The position numbers and the translations under genes were made by a program. From Rotaria socialis (Eukaryota): a DNA stretch of 49,142 nucleotides. Below are positions 12,217 through 26,846 of this stretch, piece by piece; the first letter of the stretch is position 1; every line of letters begins with the position of its first letter. The stretch is taken from the NCBI GenBank assembly GCA_905331295.1, contig CAJNYD010000461.1, forward strand, positions 1-49,142, in the 5' to 3' direction. Under the pieces are notes generated by a model. The model ran no database searches and was not told where the DNA came from. It saw only the letters and a list, made by a program, of their open reading frames with translations.

Positions 12217-15200
12217 ATGTGGTCAGAACGAGATCAGACGTTCAAGTATGAGCAGCCTCAGTCGTATAAGTTTGATTTCAATATTGATCAAGTCAATGAA
12301 ATGAATAATGAAACTACGACTGATGCTGGAATGATACCACTAAATGATGATTTACAACAACAAAATTTAACTCCAGATCAATTGCAAGAGTTATTCTCTC
12401 GAGTTAGTTCTGAGCTAGTTGCAGAATCAACGGACGATCAAGAGTTTTTTAAACGCGAAGCTACAATCAAAGTACCAAAAACAAGTAAAACAATGCAAAC
12501 ACCATTTCCACCTCCTCCATTAGATCGTCAAGAAGATGTCGACATTCACATCGAACATTTGAAACAGTTAGCTAAAAAAGAAGCAAGTTCACTGGTCATT
12601 GAAAGACATTCTCCTAATGAAAACGAAGTTGATCATGTGCTATCAACTATTACATTAACATTTAATCAATCAATGATAAGTGTTTCTTCATTAGATGAAC
12701 AAATGAAAGCTGAAGATCTAGGTATATCATTAACACCAAACGTAGAAGGTAGATGGAAATGGATAGGAACGCAAACAGTTCAATTTGAAGCACAGCATCG
12801 TTTACCATATTCAACAAAGTACACACTAAAAGTCAACAAAGAACATTGCGTGTCAGTAATCGGAGGTAAATCTATCTGAAACTATAGAAGTTACATAGAA
12901 GACAGATGTTTGTTCACTAAATTAATTAATTATATTCCTCCTCTTTTTTTCAGAAAAACATTTTCATTCAAGCTTCGAAAAGCAAACGTATCGCTTTTAA
13001 ATATTTCGCAAAAGAGATCCTTGCTCTCAAAATAAATCATAATATACTACGATATGATCTGAAGTAACCGGTGGCGAACAAAGAATTATAGTGTTTGTAT
13101 TTTGAGTATTTCTCTTCTATTATCGATTTGATTAAGACATCTTTTGTATCAAATGATGCAGGCTGAAATTCTCTATAACATCGCATATTGTCAGGATTAA
13201 AAATGAAAATGTTCATGATTTAGTCAGAGTAGTTTCCTTACCGACAATTAACTTAGGAATTAAAATGATCAGAGACACCGTTTCTTTTGATCTGTACCAA
13301 TCACCCGACCGTCCACACGTAGCTCGAACAACAGTGGTTGTCAACAAGAATATCATGGTTGTTTCCCATACAGGAAAATAAAACAGCCAAAAATTGTTTG
13401 TTCTTTAAAAAAGAAAGGTAGAAAGTTACATTTGAAAATTGGATATTAAGTTAGTACACCAAAGAAAAATACTTTAGTTTAAATAGTACACGAATAATTT
13501 GTAGAACAGATTCTGGATGTTTCAGCAAGATGGAAGGGTAGCTGTTTTCTGTAAAAACAAGTAGAACAAGCAAAAACTTTCACTTTGTTGGGCTAAGGAC
13601 CTCTTACTGTTGTTCTTAGAGCTATTTCATTTTCACGCGTTCAGTGGTTTGAAGCGTTTAGAAATAGAACATATTGACTGTCCGATTAATTTCAATAAAA
13701 TATAAATTTGTCTTCTTCTTTCTCAAGGTTCAACTTTCTGTATTAATGCTACCATTATCTAATTTTTTTAAATATTCATCCAAACGCCATGCTAATATCG
13801 AGATATAGATTTTGATTTGCCTATATTCTACATTCATTTTGATATTTCGATTGCTTTTAGGAAAATTAGAGAACGAATTTTTCTTCGAATTTTCAACAAC
13901 CACGCCAACAGTTCTCGAGTTCTTACCAAATGAAGAAGTTTCAACATTAAAACCTACATGTTTTCTGTTATTTGATCAAAAAATTGATAAAAATGAAATT
14001 TTCAAGCATTTATGCGTAGTGCGTGGTGATGAACATAAAATGTCAACAAATGAACTAGAACTAGTAGATGAAACAACAGCAAAAAGTGAATTCAAATCGT
14101 TCATAAATGAAAAAGAAGGAAATCATGAGCAATATGTTGCATTTACATTTAAAGATGATTTATTAAAAGCAACACAATATACAATTCAAGTACCTACAGG
14201 CTGTCCATCAGCCGAGGGACCACTGATGACAACATCAGAGTGGTCAACTAGCTTTAATACTTATGAACCTTTAAAAATAATTGATTGGTTTCCAAACACA
14301 AACGATGAGTGGCGAAACACTGCTATTCCTGGTCGAACTTGGTCACTTACATTTAATAATTCTTTAGATCATTCAACAATTAAAAAATCTTTATTCAGAT
14401 TCGAGCCAGAAGTCAGTGGTCTAGGTGAGCATAGACGAAACTCGTTTCATAACATATTTTCTCATTAGTTTGTGTCAAAAATCAATCTTAAAGAAAAACT
14501 TCTTTTAGGTATTGAACATACAGAAGACAACGATCGAAAAATATTATTACATAATGAATCTCAGTCAAATACTATTTATACATTACTTATACAGTCAGAA
14601 ATATTGAAAGATATTTATGGTCAAACACTACAACATGATCATTCCGATCAGCCAATTCAGTTCGAAGTACAAGCTATAGATTCACCAACATTGGGAGTTT
14701 TACAGGGTGAATCAGGTATAGTACAAAAAAAGATAGATATTGCCAATAAAAGAGATGTTTATACTAGGCATGATCATAATGGATCCTGCTCTATTAAATG
14801 AACCGTGTTACACATTTATCGTTTGTAACTATTCAGAGCTAATACTTCGCATTAATCGAGTGAAACCAGAACATTACCAGGAGTATTTACTATACGTCAA
14901 TCGACGTTATCGCAGCGATGAAGAACAAGAGCCAGATAATAAATTACCTGGTGAAGAATTATAAAATGAAATTATACAAACAAACTGTCAATTGAATGAA
15001 CCAAAAGATATAAGAGTTCCTTTGAAGGCATATTTTACGAAACCATCTGGATTAGGCCAACTATTAATATTAATTGAACTAACCGAAAAGGCACGCGCTG
15101 AATTTCGAAATGAGCATTGGAATGATAGACCAACTATATCAATCTGGCTACAATGTACACGATTAGCAGTTGATGTATTTTCCTCTTCAGGTAATTGTAT

Positions 15201-18200
15201 TTTAAAAGAAAAATAGAAACGAACAGATACGCATATCCATTGTAATGATTAAAACCATTTACTGAATATCGTTTCGAGCTGAAGCAGCACTGTACATGCT
15301 AAACTGATGTTGTTTCAATTCTAATTCGATTGGGCTGTGCCTCATTTTTCATAAAATACGCCATCTCAAGCTCTAAGAAACTGGATATTTTGATCTGAAA
15401 TTAATTATACACTTGATGTTTCATATAATGAAAAGTAAAGATCTCCATAAGATAGTACCATATGATACGTCCATCTGGTTCTATTCAATTAAGAAGTCTA
15501 GTCAGGAATAATCAAAACATTTAAAAGGTAAAACTAATTGTTTGCATCGAAAACAATCGATGAAACTCGATATCTCTGAAAGAAATGTTTGGAGAATATT
15601 AAAAATGATATTGCTAAGATACTGAGAGGATTATTTATTCTACAACGTCCATTATTTCTCATAGATTAAGTAAAACAAGGATGAAAATAACGGCAGCTAT
15701 ATCATGTTTAACGCTTTAGTCTTGCATAAATTACAGTAACAACTGTTTATTCTAGATCCGGATTGTACATTAACCACATGGGTTACTGATCTAATGACCG
15801 GTGCACCCATCAATCAAGCAACTGTTTCAATATCGAATCAGAAAAAAGAAACAGATCAACACGGATTATGTACCATTAAACGATATAGGCCAGGGAATGT
15901 TCAAGAAACAGAAGAAGAAGAAGACACAAAAAATGAAATATTAGTCGTAGAAAAAGGCGACGATCTATGTATGCAAGTAAATACTCATTCTTATAGATCA
16001 ACTGGTGATGTTTACATTTGGCATGTATTCAATGATCGTGGTTTATATAGACCAAAGGAAGAAGTGCATATAAAAGGTTATGTTCGATTAATGAAAATTG
16101 AGGGTGAAGCAAAAATACCTACTTATGCTCAAGGTGTAATTGATTATATAATCTGTGGTTCTTACAGTGAACAACTTCAACAGTCAAAAGTAGAATTGAA
16201 TAATTATGGAGCATTTGATATCCATTTTACATTACCTGACAATGTTAACTTAGGTAAAGTTGATTGTCCTTGCAAAACTTGTTCAGAAAAGGTTCATAGA
16301 TTTCGTTTTAAGAGTCGTTGTAGGTGTAGGCTCGGGTGATTGTTGCTATTAATGTTTAGACATTCCATTGACTCACACACACACCTACACCCTGATAGAC
16401 CAAAGAAGAATTAATTGATTTCGAGTTCCCATTATTTTTAGGTAACGAATACGTTAGATTCAGTTTACTCGATTCAAAAAGTAATGAACAACATTGTTTT
16501 CAAATTCAAGAGTTTCGAAAACCGGAGTATGTAGTTTCATCAATGATTCGACCACCGTTAGCATATTATTGCTATCCAACTGTTGATCAATACGCTATAG
16601 CTAGTTGCGAAGGAAAACTATTTGTCGGCGGTTGTTTAAATGATGCATATGTCCGATGGACAGTACAAGCTACAACAACAACATTTACACCAGCTAACCA
16701 ATACGGCTATATGTTTGGCAGAGCTCAATCGTTCTGTTACTATTCTAGCTATGATAGAAAAACCAAAATATCATATCCAAAAAAGCACTTTCAGGGAAAA
16801 ACAAACAGTAAAGGTCAACATGAAATAAAAATTACTTATCATGGTATTGAACAAGAACCAAGGCCAATCATTGTTCATACATTAGCAACCATTACTGATC
16901 TGAATTATCAAACACAAGAAACAAAAGCAAATTTTCTCATACATCCATGTGCATATTATGTTGGATTTCAATTCGTAAAGAATTATGGAAAGAAAGATGA
17001 GCCTGTACAAACAAAAGTCATCGTAACAGATATTGATGGAAATTTAATTGATAATATTTTGGTTCGATGCGAAGTCATTGGATATGGTAGCGAAAAAAAA
17101 GAAGATCGAAATGGTTTAACAATATTTGAAGAAATAAAAGATGAACAAACATTAACAATAGTCAGTTCAAATAAAGGCGCAGTTAATATTGATTATACAC
17201 CAAAATTAGGTAAGGCTTTAAATTTGAAGAAGAAAAAATCAAGTTACAGGTCATCATAATAAGATTTTTTTGTAATAAAGCCTTTTGGTTCAGCTCGAAA
17301 GTGGTACTTTAATGAATGTATAGTTTTAGTTCGAGAACTTTAGAGAAATTTCTACTATCATTTTCATATGAGTATGAATGAAAAGTAAGTGATATAATTT
17401 GATGTTGTCAATATGTAAATATTCGATTATCATCATAGATTAGCCCATTTATAAATTCTTTGAGTGTGTAAGTTCATAATGGAGATCTTCATGAGATTGA
17501 ATATCAAGCCATGCTCTTTAAAACGTTATTGATGAATAACTGAGATATGATTTCGACGAATCCACACCAAATCACCTTTGGTCATCACGAACCTTGTAGA
17601 AGGTTAGAGTGAACTCATATATTTCGGAAATGATATTTAGATGCGTACTATAATATAGATAAAATATTGCAAGTATCCATACAGACAATAGATCATCTGC
17701 CATAGAGACATCATCAATGCGATGCTTCTTTTGTCATAACACTATTTCACTTCTATTTGATACTAGATGGTAGATACAATATAACATACAGTGCCAAAGA
17801 TGAACAAGGACGATTAGCTATGAGCTACTATGAAAATTTTTATGTTTCTGGTGGTTATAAAAGAGAAATACAACACGATAAAGAAATTAGTTTCATTCCA
17901 ACTGATTCAATCACAATTATACCGAATGCAAAAAAGTATCAACCGGATGATCTATGTGAATTACTAATCCTAGCACCGTTTAGTCCAGCTAATGGACTAC
18001 TTATACTCGATTGTGACGGTCAAGTCTCAGAACCAATACTATTTCAAATAGAACCTGGAAAAAATTCAACAACTATTGAATTTAAAATATCAAAAGATTG
18101 GATACCAAACGTCGAGGTTCACGCTGAATTAACGGGATCAATCCCAAGAGAAATAGAAGTGATTGATTCACCACATCGTCCAGCAACTGCTATTGGTTCA

Positions 18201-21197
18201 GTATCGCTAAAAGTATCAACAGATATTTACAAACTAAATGTTTTAATTAACACAAAAGAAACAAATAAAATGTATGCACCATCATCGATCATTCATATTG
18301 ATGTCAACGTCACGCAATACTTAGATAATGCATCTGTAGATAAAGCAGAAGTTTGCTTAATTGTTGTTGATGAAGCCATATTATCATTAACGGGTCACAA
18401 ATTAGAGAGTCCATTGAATCAATTCTATCATAATCGATCAGAAAATATCAGACATCATCAAAGTAGAGAGCATTGCTTACTTTCCAATGTTCAATATATT
18501 GAACAACTTAAGAAAAAGATACAAGAACGTCTCACCTTAAACGACAGTGACCGTTGTGGTGGGGGAGGTGGGGGAGGTGGTGGCGATGACAGATCGCGCC
18601 ATACCTTCATGGCAACTGCTGTTCGGTCGAACTTCAATCCCCTCGCATGTTGGACACCCTCATCAATCACTGATTCATCAGGACATGTTTCAATTGAAGT
18701 TAAATTGCCTGATAGTCTAACACGCTACCGTGTATGGGCGCTAGCAACGAATGATAAGCAATACGGTTTTGGTGAAATGTCATTTACTGTACAACTACCA
18801 ATTATGGTTCGACCTTCACTACCACGCTTTCTTAATTATGGAGATACAGCTCATTTCTCAGTTATTTTACAAAATCAAACTGATCAATCATTACTATTAC
18901 ATGCTGGCTTAAGAGCAACAAATGCTAAATTATTAGCATCACAAACAAATCAACAAGCAGTTGGTTATTCAATTGTTATACAACCTAGTAAACGAGCTGC
19001 TCTTAAATTTCCTGTAACAACAATTCATTCTGGTATAGCTCGATTTCAGTTTGTAGTGAGTACTGCCAAAAATGAAACATGTGCATCATTTGATGGTGCA
19101 ATTGAATTAAGTTTACCTATATTTACACCAGCAACATCTGAAGCATTTGCAACATATGGCGATATATATGATGAACAAGCAGTTTTACAACCAATAAAAA
19201 TACCAAAGAATGTTCTTGCACAATTTGGTGAAGTATCAGTAACAACAAGTTCAACAGCATTATCATCATTAACTGATGCAATTATTTCACTCTATACATA
19301 TCCATATGAATGTACAGAACAATTAAGTTCCAGATTATTAGGTATACAGTCACTGTGGGATGTTTTACAAGCATTTCACTGTAAAGAATTACCTGACATA
19401 TCGATATTGAAAACTAAATTAGAATCAGATATAAATATCTTAAAAGGTCGTCAATATCCAAATGGTGGATTTGGTTATTGGTCAAACCGAAACGATTCTC
19501 ATGCTGATCCATATATGAGTGTACATGTTGCACATTGTTTAGTTGTTCTTGTGAATAAAAAGGTAAGAGCTTTTTATTGTACAAACAACGATATATTGAG
19601 AAATAAGTAGCAGTTGTGTAGGTGGAATTCTATTGCAAGTTCGAAAAGATTCTGTTTAGTATATAAATCTAATCAAAACTGTACTACAAAAAAATTTTAA
19701 ATATCAACCATGTTTCATTATTTTAAAGGTATTTGATATTGACGAGAATATGCTGAACACTGCACTAAAATATCTTGAAAATATTGAATCTGAAATTAAT
19801 AAATTACCATACAGTGAACATTGGTCTGAAAGAACTCGATTTAGTTTGATGAGTTATGCATTATATGTACGAGCAAAACATCTTCAAAATGTTGCTGATG
19901 AAGCTTCACAATTATTTCAACGAAGTGGATTTGATAAACTTAGTTTAGAATCAATAGGGTGGCTATTAGTAGCACTCTCTAATGACACGATTTCTAATAA
20001 ATATGAATTAATTGACCGAATATACAAATATTTAAAAGATAAAGTAAATGAAACAGGGGAAACAGCGAATTTTATAACATCTTATGGTGATGATGGTCAA
20101 TCAGTGATGTTACATTCAAATCAACGAACAGATGCTATATTATTAGAATCATTATTACATATTGATCCAAAGTCTACTCTTTGTACTAAATTATGTAAAG
20201 GATTACAAGCACATAGAGTGAAAGGCGCGTGGAAATCAATACAGGAAAATTGTTTTGTTTTAATTGCATTGGATAAGTACTTTCATATCAGAGAAAAAGA
20301 TGAACCAGATTTTGTTGCTAATATTTGGTTTGACAATGCCTATTGTGATCAACATCAATATAAAGGTAAGATCATAGCCGTATAGCAGTAGTTTAGCAGA
20401 ACCTTCAAAAGTATGGGTTTTCGAACTGGTTTAAGTTTCCTAACGAACGATTTTTTTTTACAGTCTAACTTGATGATTTCGAAATATCTCATGTATTCTG
20501 ATTTCTTTTCTTATAATATAAAGGTCGAACAACAAATGCATATACAAGAAATATTTCAATGAAAGCAATCTTGTCGCCGTCATCATCACCATCCAATATA
20601 AATAATAATGATAAGAATTTAATCATACACAAAGATGGTAATGGTCGATTGTATTATCGTATTGCAATGAATTATGCGCCATCAAATCTGCAACTAAAAG
20701 CAGTTAACTATGGTTTTAAAATTGAACGAATATACGCAGCTATCGATGATCCATCACATGTTCAGAAACAGCCTGATGGCACTTGGAAATTCAAATTACA
20801 GGAAAAAATCCAAGTCACTTTAACAATGACAACAACACAACAACGACATCATATAGCATTAGTTGATTATTTACCAGCGGGTTGTGAACCATTAAATAGA
20901 AAATTAAACGGTACATTGACAGATAATACAAACTCATCAATAACTGGATCCAAAAGAAATAATTATTCTGATGGACGTCGACCATATTTAACTATCGGTT
21001 GGACTGATCATGAAAACTTAAGAGATGAACGTGCTGAAGCATTTCGATCAATATTATGGCCTGGTGTATATGAATGGAGTCATGTTATGCGTGCAACATG
21101 TGCTGGAACATTTATCACGCCACCAGCTAAAGCAGAAGAAATGTATTCACCCGAAAACTTTGGTCGCTGTGCCACAGAAATGGTTATCATTGACTAA
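12217..21197 (+). CDS. Bacterial-type alpha-2-macroglobulin (thioester protein), 9 exons, with one in-frame TAA (possible pseudogene or null allele)
   Basis: Phase-consistent GT-AG exons: 12217-12865, 13861-14424, 14509-14715, 14768-15190, 15756-16253, 16442-17209, 17767-19562, 19729-20365, 20524-21197. Motifs include [43 protein letters not shown]...[12 protein letters not shown], thioester YPYECTEQ (C at 19311), [15 protein letters not shown] and [15 protein letters not shown] at 14962-14964. Confidence 0.9.
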
Positions 21198-21389
21198 GAA
21201 GCATGTCTTTAATTTAAAATTCCGTAATTAGTTTTCTATATCTCATTTGATTTTTTTTTATATATTCACATTACTTATCTCAAACTATTCATTTTACCGG
21301 TTTAACTAACTTACCATTATAACAGTTGAATAAACTTGATCATTTTATATTTTTATTGCAAACGCTAGTAGTGCGATAGGGATTTGTCC

Positions 21390-22332
21390 TAGAGTTCTGC
21401 GGGACAGTCGCGAATCCCAAAAAATCCAGTGTTCCGAATTTTTAAATCATTACATAAAAACGTGTGATACACTTTAAACCTTTTATTTATAACAAACATC
21501 TTAACGTTTAAATGGAAAGCAGAAAAAAAGGATTGGAAAATGTACTGAAAACTGTTCATCATCATCATCATCATCTTTTTCAGCTGTTTCTTCATATAAT
21601 TATTGACTTGCTGCCGTTAATTTTTTTAATGTTACAGAAGGTGTTGAGTCAGTTGAGTTTTCATTCTTTACACACTTCAACAACTAAATAATAAATTTCA
21701 TTTAAAACTCGTATATTTCTCTTAATAAATAACAAATTACTAATTTTATCTGTATATAAATGCGTTGTGTGCTTTTTTGAGTGTATGAAAATTAATCTAA
21801 ACGAAAATTATTCGAATTTAATTTAAAAAAAAGTAACTTTCTAAGTAGAACTTGTAGTTGATAGTAATGAGTTAAATAATGACAAAAAAAAAGAATCTTC
21901 ACGCAATGATAGACAAATTGTTGATATAAAAGAGAGCACATGTGTGTCAGATATATCGAAGTTATTATAGACATGCATTACCTCAAATAAGCTAAAACAT
22001 TGTAAATAATATCTATCACACAAAGCGCGGTTTGGCTAATCTAAAATTGATTAGATTAAAATATTCTTCGTCGGTTATATAAAAATTTAATATACTATGA
22101 AAACATGAGGGTACTATTTTTCTCAAATATCTTCATTTACTTGGAGCAGGGTTCAAAGTACCAATTTCTATTTTTCTTCGACAAATTTTCACTCTTTCTC
22201 TTTTTTTCTATTGATCAAATAGAAAAGGTCTTTTGTTTTCTTTGACGGAACTACGCAACATGTAAACATTTTTTGTCAACGGGACAAACGGGATTTTACG
22301 GGACACTACAAAGTTTTTTCCGCAGGTCTCTA
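21390..22332. mobile_element. Degenerate hAT-like non-autonomous element
   Basis: Imperfect TIRs TAGAGTTCTGCGG and CCGCAGGTCTCTA, with GGGAC subterminal motifs at both ends. The flanking 8-mers match at only 4/8. Confidence 0.45.
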
Positions 22333-22755
22333 GTCTGGCTCTTCTTTTCACACACACACCACTGTCCCGAAACAATTTATGTCTTTATTATAATAAATCA
22401 TTAAAAAAATAACAACGAAACAATCTGCTTTTTATTATTATGAACCGTTGAAAAGAAAAGAAAGTCAATAACAAAAATAAAATTGATAATGAAACGATAT
22501 ATGATTTTATTATTATCAATGGTTAACAACAAAAAGAACCAACAACAATAATGAAATTAAAAGGAAGTAGCAACGAAACGCTAATGGTTTTATCACAATG
22601 AATCGTTAAGAAAAACAGAACTAAGGTACTGTACTTGTATTTTTTGAGGAATTTTTTAGTTATGAATCTTTTTTGGTTTACGTGATCGGTCTTTATTTTT
22701 ATTTATGCACTTCAAGTGTGCTCGTGTTGGTCGAGCAAGTGAAGTCGAAGAAAGA

Positions 22756-25676
22756 TTAAGATCTTTGGATTCTAAAGATGACTTGTATATCAAAATAAGA
22801 ATAGCGTGATAAATGAAAATATATCAAGAAGATGATCTGTCTGAGCACGTTATTATTACCTTTAGAGTGGGATTGTGTTTTCCAAGCAATTGGACTAAGA
22901 AAACCGTTGTTCATACTATCCTCACGATTTTGTGATGAGATTCCAGACGAAAATTCATCGAGTTGATGAATAATATGTGTAGCTGTAATAGATGTTTTTC
23001 CATATGTATGTTTTTCTATAACACTTTCGCGATCAAAAATGTTAGTAGAAACTATAGGTATAGATGGAGACAATATATTGGAACTGCCCTTTTGCTCATC
23101 ATTTTATTACTTTATTAATCAAATGACTCTGGACTTTCAGTGGAATGCTGATGCTGAATCAAGTTGACGAGCAGAAGAACTACACGAATAACTTTCTCGT
23201 TGTGCATCCTTTTCAAGAGTGCTTTTGGTTGAGTAGAATACATGATCGTCGTACGATCTAAACATTATAGATTTATTGAAGTACAAAGATTAAAATATTT
23301 ACAATATCATACGTACCTCCTGTTGGAAATCAACGAATAGATTTCGATCGATATCAATATTCATACCAATAGATTCTGAAACAGAAGTTGTACAAGTTCT
23401 CTTTAGATTTATTCCCATAACGTTACCATTTTCAGACAACGAAATGACTGAGTCGCTACTCCTTGAAGAAATACCCTACGGTATCAAAGCCACAATTGAT
23501 AAGTAACGATTGCCATATTCTGGATGACGTACAAAATCTTAAACATCTTTTTGTACAATACCAACAGCTTCGAACGAAATCATTTTACATGATTTACGGT
23601 ACGCTTCCATGGTAACAGGTTTATTATCACCACTATATTCTGATAAAACTAACAAGAAGTTTCGTTCAGAATCAACGTCGTTTTCAAATGGAATTCTTTT
23701 TATATAGACAAACGTTGATCGTGAAGCATGAGTTTTATTTCACGTGAGCATAGAATTAAAACATCAGATGCTACTAGATGATTCAACGATTCCTTCAAAA
23801 GACCACCACCAGAATTATTATGTATCAGTATCGATCGGTGTCGTTGTTTCGTTGTAAAGCAAATAGTAGGAAATAGAATAACAGCTGTACTAACATTATT
23901 AAAATTCCACGCATATCGTTGACGTTCTGCAATAGAATAGGAAAATCGTTTTTTCAGCAACATTATTAAGTTTAGAAATTTTTTATCTATTAAATTATGT
24001 ATTCATTCGTCTATTCTAGGCACAATAGCTGTTTTTTGTTCAGGTGATAATTTTACGTAAGATTTTAGTCCCAAATTTTTCAAAGATTCTTAAAAACACG
24101 ATTAATTCAGTATGTTGCTTTAACCTTTTTTACGTAAAGACATAATCTTTGAAACAGAGGTTAATCGCACTAGGATATGAGTATAATGATGGTGTATAAT
24201 TTCAACAGGTGAATCTGTGTTTTAAGTTATTAGAGAACCGAAACATATTCATTGTTAAAATGAATAAAAATTCACTCACGTTTATTCTGTTTAAGCTCAT
24301 TATGTTGAGTTGAACTTGAACTGTTTGTTAAACCTTGTTGATGATCTGGTGCAGCAACAATTAATTTCCGTCCAATTGAAGAAAACTTACGAGCATTTGT
24401 GGCGTCGAGTAACATTGCATATTGACGCATACTGCAAGAAATAGGATCTATTGCACGCAAAGCAACATCTTTCTTAATTCGAAATGGTTGACAATCAACT
24501 GGTACAAATTGATCTGGATAGTTTTAATGAAAAAGAGATTCAACATGATCCATAAAAGCAATATCAATAACACCAGCTGGTGGAAACTGATGACGAGCAT
24601 TCAAGTAATTTTGGTGAATGATAAATTCAATTTCAATAGTTCGAAGAAATGTGGCCATTCAGTAAGCATGTTGTATAGCCTTACCTAGCCGAGCTGATAG
24701 ACATTCATCGGTATTTCGTGTATTAAAGTCTATTCATTAAGTAATTGATAATACCGAGCATAAAACAAACTTACTTTTCTGTTTGCACATGTTTCCCCAT
24801 ACCATTATTTTATGTATGACATCCTCTTCGAATACAAAAGTTACATTCCCCATGAAAGACAAAATAATCAAATATTGCTCCAATGAATCTATTTTGTAAC
24901 AATCAATCTGCTTTTGTTCTAATTTATCCTGAATAACAGGTTCATCAGTAGGCTAAGACAGAAAAGGACCAATCGAAGGACCAAAGCAAGACAGGCCCTT
25001 CAGTCTAATGACAATGCTGGAAATAATATCACCTGTTGAACATCCCTGATACAAAATAAATAGTAATAATTTATTCATAGTATGAAAGTAAAGACATGCC
25101 AGAATATTTAACTGAGAACGTTTCACTTATACAGATCTATTTGCTAATTGCCGAATATATGCATGCGATCCTCCATCAAACAGCGTCATTACAAGTGCTT
25201 AACAAAGAAATGATGAATATTATTACTTAGTAATGAGAAGGCAACATATCTCGACAATTCATTTCTGCTACTGTTCTACACATATTGTGTGAAAGAAAAG
25301 GCGGGGGGGGCGGGGGGGGGGGGGGGGGNNNNNNNNNNCCCCCCCCTAGACACCTCGTCTAAAGTTGCATTAACCTGCTGTCCTAATGCAGTTTGACTAC
25401 TTGACCGAAACTTTGCGGGTCGATCTAAAACAACCGATTTGAGCACATTGTGCAATATCTTCGTCAATCCTGACTTGCCATAAGCTAAAATTACGATTGC
25501 TATAGATTTGTTGGCAATTTGTGATTAAAAGAATTTGCACTTAAAACAAATGAAAATCCAGGTGTATCAGCCACACAGTTGATAAGCACTATAGTATGTG
25601 AATCAGCGTGGACTGAGTGAATATCAGCAAGTCCATTTATGTATTCTTCTAACTCTACTGTGAGTATAATACCAGG
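22756..25676 (-). pseudogene. Decayed spliced gene, DUF3987/YfjI-like P-loop protein (tentative)
   Basis: Minus-strand translation gives HKLPTNL...AYGKSGLTKIL (Walker-A-like, ~25468-25485), ATLDE, LVMTLFDGGSHAYIRQL, GCSTGDII and further exon-like blocks with GT-AG introns. Several stops and frameshifts; spans an assembly gap. Family assigned from motif resemblance only. Confidence 0.45.
25301..25346. other. Assembly gap (N at 25329-25338) flanked by poly-G/poly-C, probably artefactual
   Basis: Run of N with G and C homopolymers at the contig ends. Confidence 0.85.
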
Positions 25677-26172
25677 TCAAAATTTTAATTGCCTTGAATT
25701 ATTTATATTCCGACTCAAATAACTCATTTATAAATAACAAAAATCAACAATACTAATATAACTAAAACGAGTCTATGTAATTTCGCCAATTGACAAAAAC
25801 TACAATTGATGCAACGATGAATTGGCGATAAAATATTACCCCAACTAAAACAATCACTTCTTCGGAAACAATTTTCTTTTCATTATGTACATCATTTTAT
25901 ATACTAACAGATTAGACACTGTTAAATCAAATCCAACGTTCCAATCAAACATTACTCAACATATGCAAATTCAATTCCGTGATAAAAACAATTAGAATTT
26001 TTCTGTTTTTATTATTCATCGTTAATTCCATTAAAATTAACGCTTTAAATCTACACTCACAGGATATAAAATGGTGAACGCCTTTCTTTTGTCATATTAA
26101 GCAGAAAATACATTAGCTTTTCTATTTCTTTCGTTTAAAGTTTCCTTTTCTTTTTTTGCGCGGTTCTAGTTA

Positions 26173-26269
26173 CTACCCCCTCCTCCCATTATAGAAGACC
26201 CTCCTGAAGAAAAATTTTGTCCGACATAATAGAGGACCAGGAGTCTTTTACTGTGGTGGTGGGGGGTAG
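26173..26269. repeat. GC-rich imperfect inverted repeat (hairpin)
   Basis: CTACCCCCTCCTCCCATTATAGAAGACCCTCCTG pairs imperfectly with CAGGAGTCTTTTACTGTGGTGGTGGGGGGTAG. Confidence 0.55.
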
Positions 26270-26846
26270 GTTCCTTTTTGTACTCTATAATTTCACTTTC
26301 ATATTGTCGTGCAAATCAACATAAATCACTTATTACTGTAGTTTTGCTTATTGTGACTGAACTTGAATTCATCTGTGTCATGCTATGGCAAGAGTATAAT
26401 ATATATATGATTTTCTTTTTATTCTGCCACAGAGACGAGGTTATCCATGGCAAATACGTGTAAAGACTAGCCATACACTTCATTTATTAAATAAAGCATT
26501 ATTTTATATATATTTAATGAATTTTTTTTTTTTTATAATCTCAATAATTCAGTACAATCAATGGTTGAATGACTTAATATCGTTTCTAAGAAAATTTCTT
26601 TTAAATCAAAAGTTTGACGCTCAATCTTCAATATAGGCCCAATTGTTCAGGTATTGGCAAAAAATTCATTATACATTCTACACGTATCTGAGTTATTTTC
26701 TGTCATCAACGACATATTCATATTTTAGTGTCGCAATCGAATATTGAATAAGCATGATTTGATCTTTATTGATATAAACAAAAAGAATGATTCTATATTG
26801 ATTAATAGTAATCAAAGATGTCAAAAAAAATGGATATTAGTATGGT

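Noticed and set aside
25276..25346. Poly-Pro/Gly peptide or G-quadruplex
   Set aside because: Homopolymers flank an N gap and are probably a sequencing artefact.
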